A stretch of 64,000 nt of DNA from positions 556-64,555 of the forward strand of contig JAIYAW010000006.1 in NCBI GenBank assembly GCA_027488835.1, read 5' to 3'. The translations under genes were made by a program, and so were the position numbers. A model generated the notes under the pieces. The model had not been told where the DNA came from and did not search any database. It saw only the letters and a list, made by a program, of their open reading frames with translations. Shown piece after piece: positions 54,521 through 61,615 of this stretch. Each line of letters opens with the position of its first letter. Within the stretch, counting starts at the first letter, position 1. This DNA is from Bacteroidota bacterium (GTDB lineage: Bacteria > Bacteroidota > Bacteroidia > NS11-12g > UBA955).

Positions 54521-56578
54521 TTAGATATCAGATTTGTATTTGTTTTTGTGTCCAGCTGGGTTTCTGCGAGGTTTAGCAGGTGAATTCCTGCTAAAATTGC
54601 TCGAACTAGCTGGCTTTTTCCCGCCCTGGCCTCGATGGTGACTTTTGCCACTATCAGCGCTAGCAGGCGCAGCAGGTTGACCTGAATCAGATCTACGTGC
54701 TTGACGATTGTTGTCGCCGCTGCTGTTACTGTTGAATGCTGGACGAGCACTACGTTCACTGTTTCGGCTGTTTCCGAAAGCACTGCTCTGACGAGCTTGA
54801 GTTTCTTGTCTAACCTTACCTTCAAAACTACGATCGCGGTTTTCAGACCCATAAGGGCGTGAAGAAGTGGTTCTATTGCGATCGTTATTAAAAGGGCGGT
54901 CGCCTCCGGATGGTCTATTACCACCGAATGATCCACCACCTCTGTTTGCGTTTCCATAAGGCCTGTCGCCAGATGGACGGTCGCTACCAGATCTGTTGCT
55001 GTTGAATGCAGGTCTGTCACCAGATGGTGCAGGTCTGTCGCTTCTGTTAAATGCAGGTCTATCGCTAGAAGTTCTGTTACTGTTAAATGATCTATCGCCA
55101 GAGGGTCTGTTACCACCAAATGATCTGTCTCCTGAAGGTTTATCTCCAGCTGGTCTATCATTAAAAGATGGTCTGTCGTTGTTGTAAGAAGGTCTGTCTG
55201 TATTAGCAGGTCTGTCGTTTGAAAATGAGCGACGATCTCCGCCACCACTTCCACCGCGATTGCCACCGCTGTAGGAGTTTCCTCCGCCACCGCCGTATGA
55301 GTTTCCTCCACCGCCACCATAAGAGCTTCCACCGCGGTTACCTCCAAAAGAGCTACCTCCACGACTTCCGCCACCGCGATTACCGCCACGGTTTCCACCG
55401 CCACCATAACCACCACGTCCACGACCACCGCCACTGCGACCTTTTGGCAATTCAATGCGGTATTCATGTTCCATTTCTACCAAATCAGTAGTACCATGCT
55501 CTTTGTAAATCATATCAAGCAAGTTTGATTCTGATTGATCACAAAACGACATAGCCAAACCTGTAGTACCTGCTCTACCTGTTCTACCAATACGGTGAGT
55601 ATAGGTTTCAGGGTCTTGAGGCATGTCATAGTTTAATACGTGATTCAAAGCTGGAACGTCAACACCTCTTGCAGCAACGTCTGTTGCTACCAAAATACGT
55701 GCACGTCCTTCTTTAAATAAATCTAGGTTACGTGTACGTTCGCGTTGACTCTTGTCGCCATGAATGGCAACTGCATGTTCATTGATGTTTCTTAATAAAT
55801 CTACCAATTTGTCCGCACCGTGTTTGGTTTTTGTAAATACCAACATAGAGTGAACTTCAGCATCATCTAATAGTTCTTTTAATAATTCAAATTTGTCATT
55901 TCTGCCTACTGCAAATAACCACTGTGTAATTTTTGGTTTTTCTTCGTTTAAAGGAGCAATGTCAATTTGAGTTGGCTCAGACAATAATTCTTGAGACAAA
56001 AATCTAATTTCTCTTGGAGCCGTAGCTGAAAATAATAAAGTTTGTTTTTTATCATTTAACATTAAACGACCAATATCACGGATATCGCTAATGAATCCCA
56101 TGTCTAACATACGATCGCACTCATCTAACACCCAAGTGTTAATTGCAGATAAATCAATATGTCCTTGTTGAATAAGGTCTAATAAACGGCCAGGAGTGGC
56201 AATAATTACCTGACAACCACGGCGAATGTCTTCAACCTGGCGTCTTTGAGAAACTCCACCGTATACCAAAGCGATACGAAGTTTCATTGTGGCACCATAT
56301 TTCTTGAAGTTGTCAGAAATTTGGTGTGCTAATTCACGAGTTGGCGCTAAAATAAGGGCATGAACGCCTTTTTGCGGTTTCTCGATGATTTGTTGGATAA
56401 TAGGAATTGCAAATGCTGCAGTTTTACCTGTACCCGTAGGAGCAGTTGCGAAAAGGTCGCCACCTGCTAAAATTGCTGGAATCGCCACTTTTTGGATAGG
56501 CGTAGGTTCGGTGTATCCCTGCTTTTCTACAGTAGACACAAGTTGAGGTAGTAACCCCAAGTTTTCAAAATTTTGCAT
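54521..56578 (-). CDS. DEAD-box ATP-dependent RNA helicase with long low-complexity C-terminal tail
   Basis: Q motif GYTEPTPIQ, I APTGTGKT, Ia PTRELA, II DECD (variant), III SAT, V ARGVDV, VI HRIGRTGRAG. Residues about 379-685 are Arg/Gly/Ser/Asn/Asp-rich repeats. Confidence 0.93.
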   Translation of the reverse strand: MQNFENLGLLPQLVSTVEKQGYTEPTPIQKVAIPAILAGGDLFATAPTGTGKTAAFAIPIIQQIIEKPQKGVHALILAPTRELAHQISDNFKKYGATMKLRIALVYGGVSQRRQVEDIRRGCQVIIATPGRLLDLIQQGHIDLSAINTWVLDECDRMLDMGFISDIRDIGRLMLNDKKQTLLFSATAPREIRFLSQELLSEPTQIDIAPLNEEKPKITQWLFAVGRNDKFELLKELLDDAEVHSMLVFTKTKHGADKLVDLLRNINEHAVAIHGDKSQRERTRNLDLFKEGRARILVATDVAARGVDVPALNHVLNYDMPQDPETYTHRIGRTGRAGTTGLAMSFCDQSESNLLDMIYKEHGTTDLVEMEHEYRIELPKGRSGGGRGRGGYGGGGNRGGNRGGGSRGGSSFGGNRGGSSYGGGGGNSYGGGGGNSYSGGNRGGSGGGDRRSFSNDRPANTDRPSYNNDRPSFNDRPAGDKPSGDRSFGGNRPSGDRSFNSNRTSSDRPAFNRSDRPAPSGDRPAFNSNRSGSDRPSGDRPYGNANRGGGSFGGNRPSGGDRPFNNDRNRTTSSRPYGSENRDRSFEGKVRQETQARQSSAFGNSRNSERSARPAFNSNSSGDNNRQARRSDSGQPAAPASADSGKSHHRGQGGKKPASSSNFSRNSPAKPRRNPAGHKNKYKSDI
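54854..55237 (-). repeat. Coding degenerate tandem repeats (DRP-type)
   Basis: Ten DRP tripeptides plus GDRS/GNRP/GDKP variants, spaced about 7-10 residues apart. The DNA shows recurring GGTCTGTC/GGTCTATC strings. Confidence 0.8.
55238..55441 (-). repeat. Coding RGG/GGY low-complexity block with 24-nt tandem units
   Basis: Units 55271-55294 and 55295-55318 are 20/24 identical. All 4 differences are synonymous and both encode GGGGGNSY. Surrounded by GGNRGG-type repeats. Confidence 0.85.
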
Positions 56579-56679
56579 TAATATTTTTTTTCGGGCTAAC
56601 GCTTCAGAAGCAGAAATGAAAGCGTAGGAATCGCAATAGATTCAAACTACAAAAGTCCCACTCGTAAAGAATTGCGGTG

Positions 56680-56687
56680 CAAAGGTA
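56680..56687 (-). promoter_or_regulatory. -7 box TACCTTTG for the DEAD-box helicase, predicting a 97-nt leader
   Basis: TACCTTTGCACC-G on the minus strand. Same TTTGCACC context as the lptB and ffs promoters. Confidence 0.45.
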
Positions 56688-56813
56688 ATATTGTTTTCAG
56701 AAATTTCCTAACGTTTTCCACATTTTATCAAGAAAATGTTGTATTTAACGAGTTTTATCGCTAAATCGCAGAATTTTTTCTTTCGAAATCAACAACGATT
56801 TTATTTGCCCTTA

Positions 56814-58448
56814 TTAAACCTGTAAAATACCTGGATGAAAAGGTTTCACAGGTGCATGGTTTGCAGCTTCTATTCCCATCGAAATCCATTTTCTCGTATC
56901 AAGCGGATTAATTATCGCATCTACCCAAAGTCGAGAAGCAGCGTAATATGGAGTAGTTTGGCTGTTATATCGCTGGGTGATTTTGTCAAGCAAAGCGTTT
57001 TCGTTTTCAAGTGTAATTTCTTCACCTTTTGCTTTTAACGAAGCTTTTTCAATTTGCAAAAGTGTTTTGGCAGCTTGTTCTCCACCCATAACCGCAATTT
57101 TAGCCGTTGGCCACGCTACAATTAATCTTGGGTCGTAAGCCTTTCCGCACATGGCATAGTTTCCAGCACCATAACTATTTCCCATGACAATGGTAAACTT
57201 TGGTACTGTGCTATTTGCCATTGCCATTACCATTTTGGCACCATCTTTAATAATGCCACCATGCTCAGATCTGCTTCCAACCATAAATCCGGTAACGTCT
57301 TGTAAAAAAACCAAAGGAATTTTCTTTTGGTTGCAATTCATAATAAATCTTGCAGCTTTATCTGCACTATCGCTATAAATTACACCACCAAATTGCATTT
57401 CACCTTTTTTGCTTTTTACCATCTCACGGTTATTGGCAACAATGCCCACTGCCCAACCGTCAATTCTTGCATAACCGCAAAGGATACTTTTGCCATATCC
57501 CTCTTTGTATTGCTCAAATTCACTGTTGTCAACCAGTCTTTCAATAATTTCGAGGGACTTATAAGGTTTCCCTCTATCGGCAGGCAATACCCCCCAAATT
57601 TCATCTTGCTTTTTTACAGGTAATTTTGTTTTTACACGGTCAAATCCAGCATTTTCAGGTTTGCCAAGTTTGTCCATGATATACTTAATTCTATCTAAAC
57701 AAGCTTGGTCATTGGGGAATTTATCGTCAATTACACCAGATATTTCACTTTGGGTAACAGCTCCACCAAGGGTTTCGTTATCAATATCTTCTCCAATTGC
57801 TGCTTTTACCAAATAGCTTCCTGCTAAAAAAATGCTCCCATTTCCCTCAACAATTAAAGCTTCATCAGACATAATAGGCAAATAGGCACCACCTGCAACA
57901 CAACTTCCCATAACTGCAGCAATTTGGGTAATTCCCATGCTGCTCATGATTGCGTTGTTTCTGAACATTCTTCCAAAATGTTCTTTATCGGCAAAAATTT
58001 CATCTTGCATAGGCAAGAAAACACCTGCGCTATCAACCAAGTAAATAATTGGCAAATGGTTTTCCATTGCTATTTCTTGGGCACGTAAATTCTTTTTGCC
58101 TGTAATTGGGAACCAAGCTCCCGCTTTTACTGTGGCATCATTGGCAACAATGATACATTGTCGGCCACTCACATAACCAATCCCGGTTACAACACCTCCG
58201 CCAGCACATCCACCGTATTCTTCATACATTTCATATCCAGCAAAAGCGCCAATTTCAATCCATTCTGAATCTTTATCTCTTAAATAATCAATTCTTTCAC
58301 GTGCTAATAATTTACCTTTTTCTTTTTGTTTTGCAGCAGCTTTTAAACCACCACCAAGATAGATTTTTTCTAATCTACTCTTTACTACATCCCAATTTTG
58401 CTTATTGGTGTCCTCGTTTTTGTTGAATTGAATGTCTTGTGCTGACAT
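56814..58448 (-). CDS. Acyl-CoA carboxylase carboxyltransferase (beta) subunit, methylcrotonyl-/propionyl-CoA carboxylase-like
   Basis: 544 aa two-domain crotonase-like carboxyltransferase (GKLLARERIDYL, VANDATVKAGAW, MGSCVAGGAY, NSYGAGNYAM). Confidence 0.9.
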   Translation of the reverse strand: MSAQDIQFNKNEDTNKQNWDVVKSRLEKIYLGGGLKAAAKQKEKGKLLARERIDYLRDKDSEWIEIGAFAGYEMYEEYGGCAGGGVVTGIGYVSGRQCIIVANDATVKAGAWFPITGKKNLRAQEIAMENHLPIIYLVDSAGVFLPMQDEIFADKEHFGRMFRNNAIMSSMGITQIAAVMGSCVAGGAYLPIMSDEALIVEGNGSIFLAGSYLVKAAIGEDIDNETLGGAVTQSEISGVIDDKFPNDQACLDRIKYIMDKLGKPENAGFDRVKTKLPVKKQDEIWGVLPADRGKPYKSLEIIERLVDNSEFEQYKEGYGKSILCGYARIDGWAVGIVANNREMVKSKKGEMQFGGVIYSDSADKAARFIMNCNQKKIPLVFLQDVTGFMVGSRSEHGGIIKDGAKMVMAMANSTVPKFTIVMGNSYGAGNYAMCGKAYDPRLIVAWPTAKIAVMGGEQAAKTLLQIEKASLKAKGEEITLENENALLDKITQRYNSQTTPYYAASRLWVDAIINPLDTRKWISMGIEAANHAPVKPFHPGILQV

Positions 58449-58452
58449 GATT

Positions 58453-58460
58453 CAAAGATA
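58453..58460 (-). promoter_or_regulatory. -7 box TATCTTTG for the acyl-CoA carboxylase beta subunit, 4 nt before ATG 58448
   Basis: Exact TAnnTTTG on the minus strand, N4 spacing. Confidence 0.5.
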
Positions 58461-58527
58461 ATAGAAAATGAACGGATAAAATGAAATGATTGGTGAATGA
58501 ATCATTTCATTATTTGAGTGTAAACCT

Positions 58528-58995
58528 TTAATCTTTTTGACGCGTTGTAAATGCGGTTTCATATAATTCAATGTATTTTTCCATTGTCAACTTTTTGCAT
58601 AATTCTGCAATTAAATCATAAGGAATTTGATCCATTTTTTTGAATCGAATGCAACTTTTGCCCATGTCTAATTTTGATTTGCAATGTTTCGGGTATTCTT
58701 CAACAAACCAATTTAATAAGGTGTTGCTTCCATACATTCCCAAATGATATAAAGCAATAAAATTCTTTTGCGAAGCAATATTCATAAAGCCTAATGGTAA
58801 CTTTGGATCACAGTGATAACCGGCAGGATAAGTGCTTAATGGAACAACATATCCAATCATTCCGTATGAAATACATTCTTCAAATCCGGGTGGTAGATTG
58901 CTTAAAATTGTTTCTCTAAGTTTTTTCATTGGCTCAATGCGGTCTTCTGGCAATTGAGCAATATAGTCGAGGGCGTTATCTGCTTTATATTGCAT
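58528..58995 (-). CDS. DUF1801 (YdhG-like) domain protein
   Basis: 155 aa. Family call from overall similarity (ECISYGMIGY..., GKSCIRFKK). Low certainty. Confidence 0.55.
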   Translation of the reverse strand: MQYKADNALDYIAQLPEDRIEPMKKLRETILSNLPPGFEECISYGMIGYVVPLSTYPAGYHCDPKLPLGFMNIASQKNFIALYHLGMYGSNTLLNWFVEEYPKHCKSKLDMGKSCIRFKKMDQIPYDLIAELCKKLTMEKYIELYETAFTTRQKD

Positions 58996-59001
58996 GGTGA
59001 T

Positions 59002-59778
59002 TTATTTAATTATATAGTTTCCAGCTTGGTCAATTTTGAATTTTGGAAGCTGTTTGGTAGTTTGAAATGTTGAAATTCCCTCATTGATTTTAGTCCATAA
59101 ACCAAAATAACTAGAATGCTGGTTTAAAGTTGCATTCTTTTCAAAGTTTTGGTTTTCAGATAGATTGAAATCAAATGGAGCTATAATTACTGGTATTTTT
59201 AATTGGTTGGCATTTCTAGCCAAAATAGCCAGGGTGTAAATTTCTTTTATTACTTTATCTGTCATTGCCAAACACCCAATTGAAACACAGTTGCCATGAA
59301 TGAATATATCGCCACCCAAGTCTGCTGCATTGCTTCTAATTTTGTCAGCTTGATTTGGATAATTTAAACCCAAACTCAAATGAAAATTACTGCTGGGATT
59401 AAATCGGTTTATATAATAAAATCCTTCAGGAGTTTGATTGTCTCCACTTTGATTTTTAGGACCAATATTTCCTGATTGTGCGCAAACTTTGTATGTTTTA
59501 AAATGAGCCATTTTTTGGCCTGAATTGCCAACGTAAATTTCTAATCTCTTTTCGGTTTTGTAAGCAATTAATAATAATTCTAGTTTTGATGATTTTATTT
59601 TGAGGGATTTTAATTTTTGTGTAACGGATTCGTTGTAAGAATTGTATGCGTCTTTTACCCTTTTAAATTCCAATTGATTTTTCAGGAATGTATCTTTTGG
59701 TTTTCTTAATGAAATAAACAAAGTCATTACCAAAAAAGTGATGGAGATATTAAATATCAGTAATTTAAACTTTCGCAT
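59002..59778 (-). CDS. L,D-transpeptidase family (YkuD/YafK-like) protein
   Basis: N-terminal TM anchor and catalytic region IFIHGNCVSIGCLAM (His...Cys). ATG 59778 is preferred over the track's TTG 59793. Confidence 0.75.
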   Translation of the reverse strand: MRKFKLLIFNISITFLVMTLFISLRKPKDTFLKNQLEFKRVKDAYNSYNESVTQKLKSLKIKSSKLELLLIAYKTEKRLEIYVGNSGQKMAHFKTYKVCAQSGNIGPKNQSGDNQTPEGFYYINRFNPSSNFHLSLGLNYPNQADKIRSNAADLGGDIFIHGNCVSIGCLAMTDKVIKEIYTLAILARNANQLKIPVIIAPFDFNLSENQNFEKNATLNQHSSYFGLWTKINEGISTFQTTKQLPKFKIDQAGNYIIK

Positions 59779-59805
59779 AAACTTAGAACGCAAATGCCGA
59801 TTAAA

Positions 59806-60447
59806 TTATTGTTTGGCTTTTTGGGCTATTGTATTTAAAACATGTAAGAAGTTCTCTGCCCCTTGAGCACCTGAAACCGCGTATGCTTGATCAAAAACAA
59901 AAAATGGCACACCTCTAGCGCCAACTTGTTGCGCCATATATTGGTCTTGAATAACCAAATTGTCTAATTCTGCAGATGCAATGATTTCGCTGATTTTTTC
60001 GAATTTTAAACCTACATTTTTTGCAATTTCCTCAAGAATCTGATCATCTTGAACATTTTTCCCATATGTAAAATAGGCTTCAAAAAGAGCTTCTTCAACT
60101 TCAGTTTGTAAATCCTGATTTTTGGCAAATTGAATCAACTTATGGGCATTTCTTGAATTCATTACTTTGGCTTTGGCAAATTGAAAATCAATATTCAAGG
60201 TTTTGCCTTGCTCTGCCAATCTATTGAAACTGGTTTCAATATCGGATCTGTTCATGCCTTTCATTTTTGAGAGGTATGAATACAAATCGTTGTTTTCATC
60301 ATATTTGATGTCAGGATTTAATTCAAAACTTCTCCAAGTGATAGAAACGTCATCTTTTCCCTCAAATTGATTTAAAGCAATTTCAAATTGTTTTTTACCC
60401 AAATAACAATAAGGGCACATTACGTCTGACCAAATTTCTACTTTCAT
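59806..60447 (-). CDS. DsbA/FrnE-like thiol oxidoreductase
   Basis: Active site CPYC near the N-terminus. ATG 60447 (MKVEIWSDVMCPYC) forms an ATGA overlap with the upstream OMP stop. The track start 60465 is less likely. Confidence 0.8.
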   Translation of the reverse strand: MKVEIWSDVMCPYCYLGKKQFEIALNQFEGKDDVSITWRSFELNPDIKYDENNDLYSYLSKMKGMNRSDIETSFNRLAEQGKTLNIDFQFAKAKVMNSRNAHKLIQFAKNQDLQTEVEEALFEAYFTYGKNVQDDQILEEIAKNVGLKFEKISEIIASAELDNLVIQDQYMAQQVGARGVPFFVFDQAYAVSGAQGAENFLHVLNTIAQKAKQ

Positions 60448-61511
60448 TGATTTATTTTGGTGCAAAATACAATTGAAAAGAAGATATTGTTTTTATCTTT
60501 TTGATCAATTTTGTCTGATTCTTTATGTTGTAACATTCTTGCTTCTAATCTCAACGTGCTGCTTTTCTGTATTTGATAGTCGTAATTGATGGAATATCCT
60601 TTTACTTCTTTCAGATAAGTATTGTTTAAAATCATGTCATTGTCTTTGAAATATTCAAATCTGCCTGTAATACTTGACTTTGAATTTATGTTGTATTTCG
60701 TGATAACAATAGGTGAAAAATAATATTTCGCATTTTTGAGGGATTCAGTTTTGTCGAATTCGCAGCCATTGTCTATCCCCACAATAAAGCCAAATTTATC
60801 GTTCATTTGGTATTGGGTATAAAAATTATGAAAATACCTGTTTTTATTCTGCACAGTTGGAGATTGGCCAAAATAGGAGCTGCTGTTAATTGTGGTTTTT
60901 TTATTTGGAATGTATTGGATTTGATGTCCCCAACTTTTTTGATCATTTGTATTTGCTGTCATCTTTTGCCAGCCGTTTAAAAAATTCAAATTCCCTTTCC
61001 ATTTTTTATTGTCGGATTCAAAATTCAAACGGTAGCCAGCCTCGTAATAAGGGGTGTTGTCGGCTAAAATACTTCTGGTACAGGTCCAACTTTCTTGACC
61101 AATGGCGCTTTCAAATCCAATATGGGAGTTGAAAATACCAAAGTCTAAAATTATATTTTTGCTAAACTTGATACCAACATTTGTTTCATAGATATTTTGC
61201 AATGTGCGCGTTTCGCTTTTTAAATTTGAATTCACATAATCGCCAATCATTAGGCCAATGTTATATCGCAATTTTGAATTTTTGTTCTGAAAATTATTAT
61301 TCGATGACCATTTCAATAAAACAATATTTGTTGAAGGGTAATTATTCTGATCGTAAGAACACAAATAGCTAGGTTTTTCTAAATTGTGAATTGATTTTGA
61401 ACTATATAATTCACTGTAAATGAGAAATTCACTTTCTTTTACATCTTGAGCATACAGAATTTGAACAGTGTGAAAAATGGAAAAACAAATAATGAATTTA
61501 AGTAATTTCAT
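60444..61511 (-). CDS. Hypothetical outer-membrane beta-barrel (porin-like) protein
   Basis: Signal peptide (VQILYAQD), 355 aa, alternating beta-strand pattern. Confidence 0.6.
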   Translation of the reverse strand: MKLLKFIICFSIFHTVQILYAQDVKESEFLIYSELYSSKSIHNLEKPSYLCSYDQNNYPSTNIVLLKWSSNNNFQNKNSKLRYNIGLMIGDYVNSNLKSETRTLQNIYETNVGIKFSKNIILDFGIFNSHIGFESAIGQESWTCTRSILADNTPYYEAGYRLNFESDNKKWKGNLNFLNGWQKMTANTNDQKSWGHQIQYIPNKKTTINSSSYFGQSPTVQNKNRYFHNFYTQYQMNDKFGFIVGIDNGCEFDKTESLKNAKYYFSPIVITKYNINSKSSITGRFEYFKDNDMILNNTYLKEVKGYSINYDYQIQKSSTLRLEARMLQHKESDKIDQKDKNNIFFSIVFCTKINQ

Positions 61512-61516
61512 ATTTG

Positions 61517-61524
61517 CAAAAATA
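61517..61524 (-). promoter_or_regulatory. -7 box TATTTTTG for the OMP/DsbA operon, 5 nt before ATG 61511
   Basis: Exact TAnnTTTG on the minus strand. Confidence 0.45.
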
Positions 61525-61593
61525 CTTAATTGTTTTAAAGTTCATTTCTCGAGTTTTCAATATCAAAATTCAATTTAGCCTGAGGTATTCCCT

Positions 61594-61601
61594 TACCTTT
61601 G
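61594..61601 (+). promoter_or_regulatory. -7 box TACCTTTG upstream of the ABC-F gene (14 nt to ATG)
   Basis: Exact TAnnTTTG. Confidence 0.45.
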
Positions 61602-61615
61602 CATTTTAGCGAAGA

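Noticed and set aside
54854-55441. Periodic short DNA repeats that might suggest a CRISPR array or satellite.
   Set aside because: The repeats are degenerate, have no unique spacers of constant length, lie in frame inside a CDS and encode a repetitive peptide. No cas genes or leader are present.
54514-55491. Long alternative-frame ORFs across the helicase tail: 317 aa on the minus strand (54514-55467), and 63 aa and 90 aa on the plus strand.
   Set aside because: Their Val/Ala/Thr/Glu- or His/Arg-rich sequences are what frame-shifted or antisense reading of GGN/CGN/GAC repeats produces. They have no start context, and the helicase frame is continuous with canonical motifs. These are shadow ORFs created by stop-poor repeat composition.
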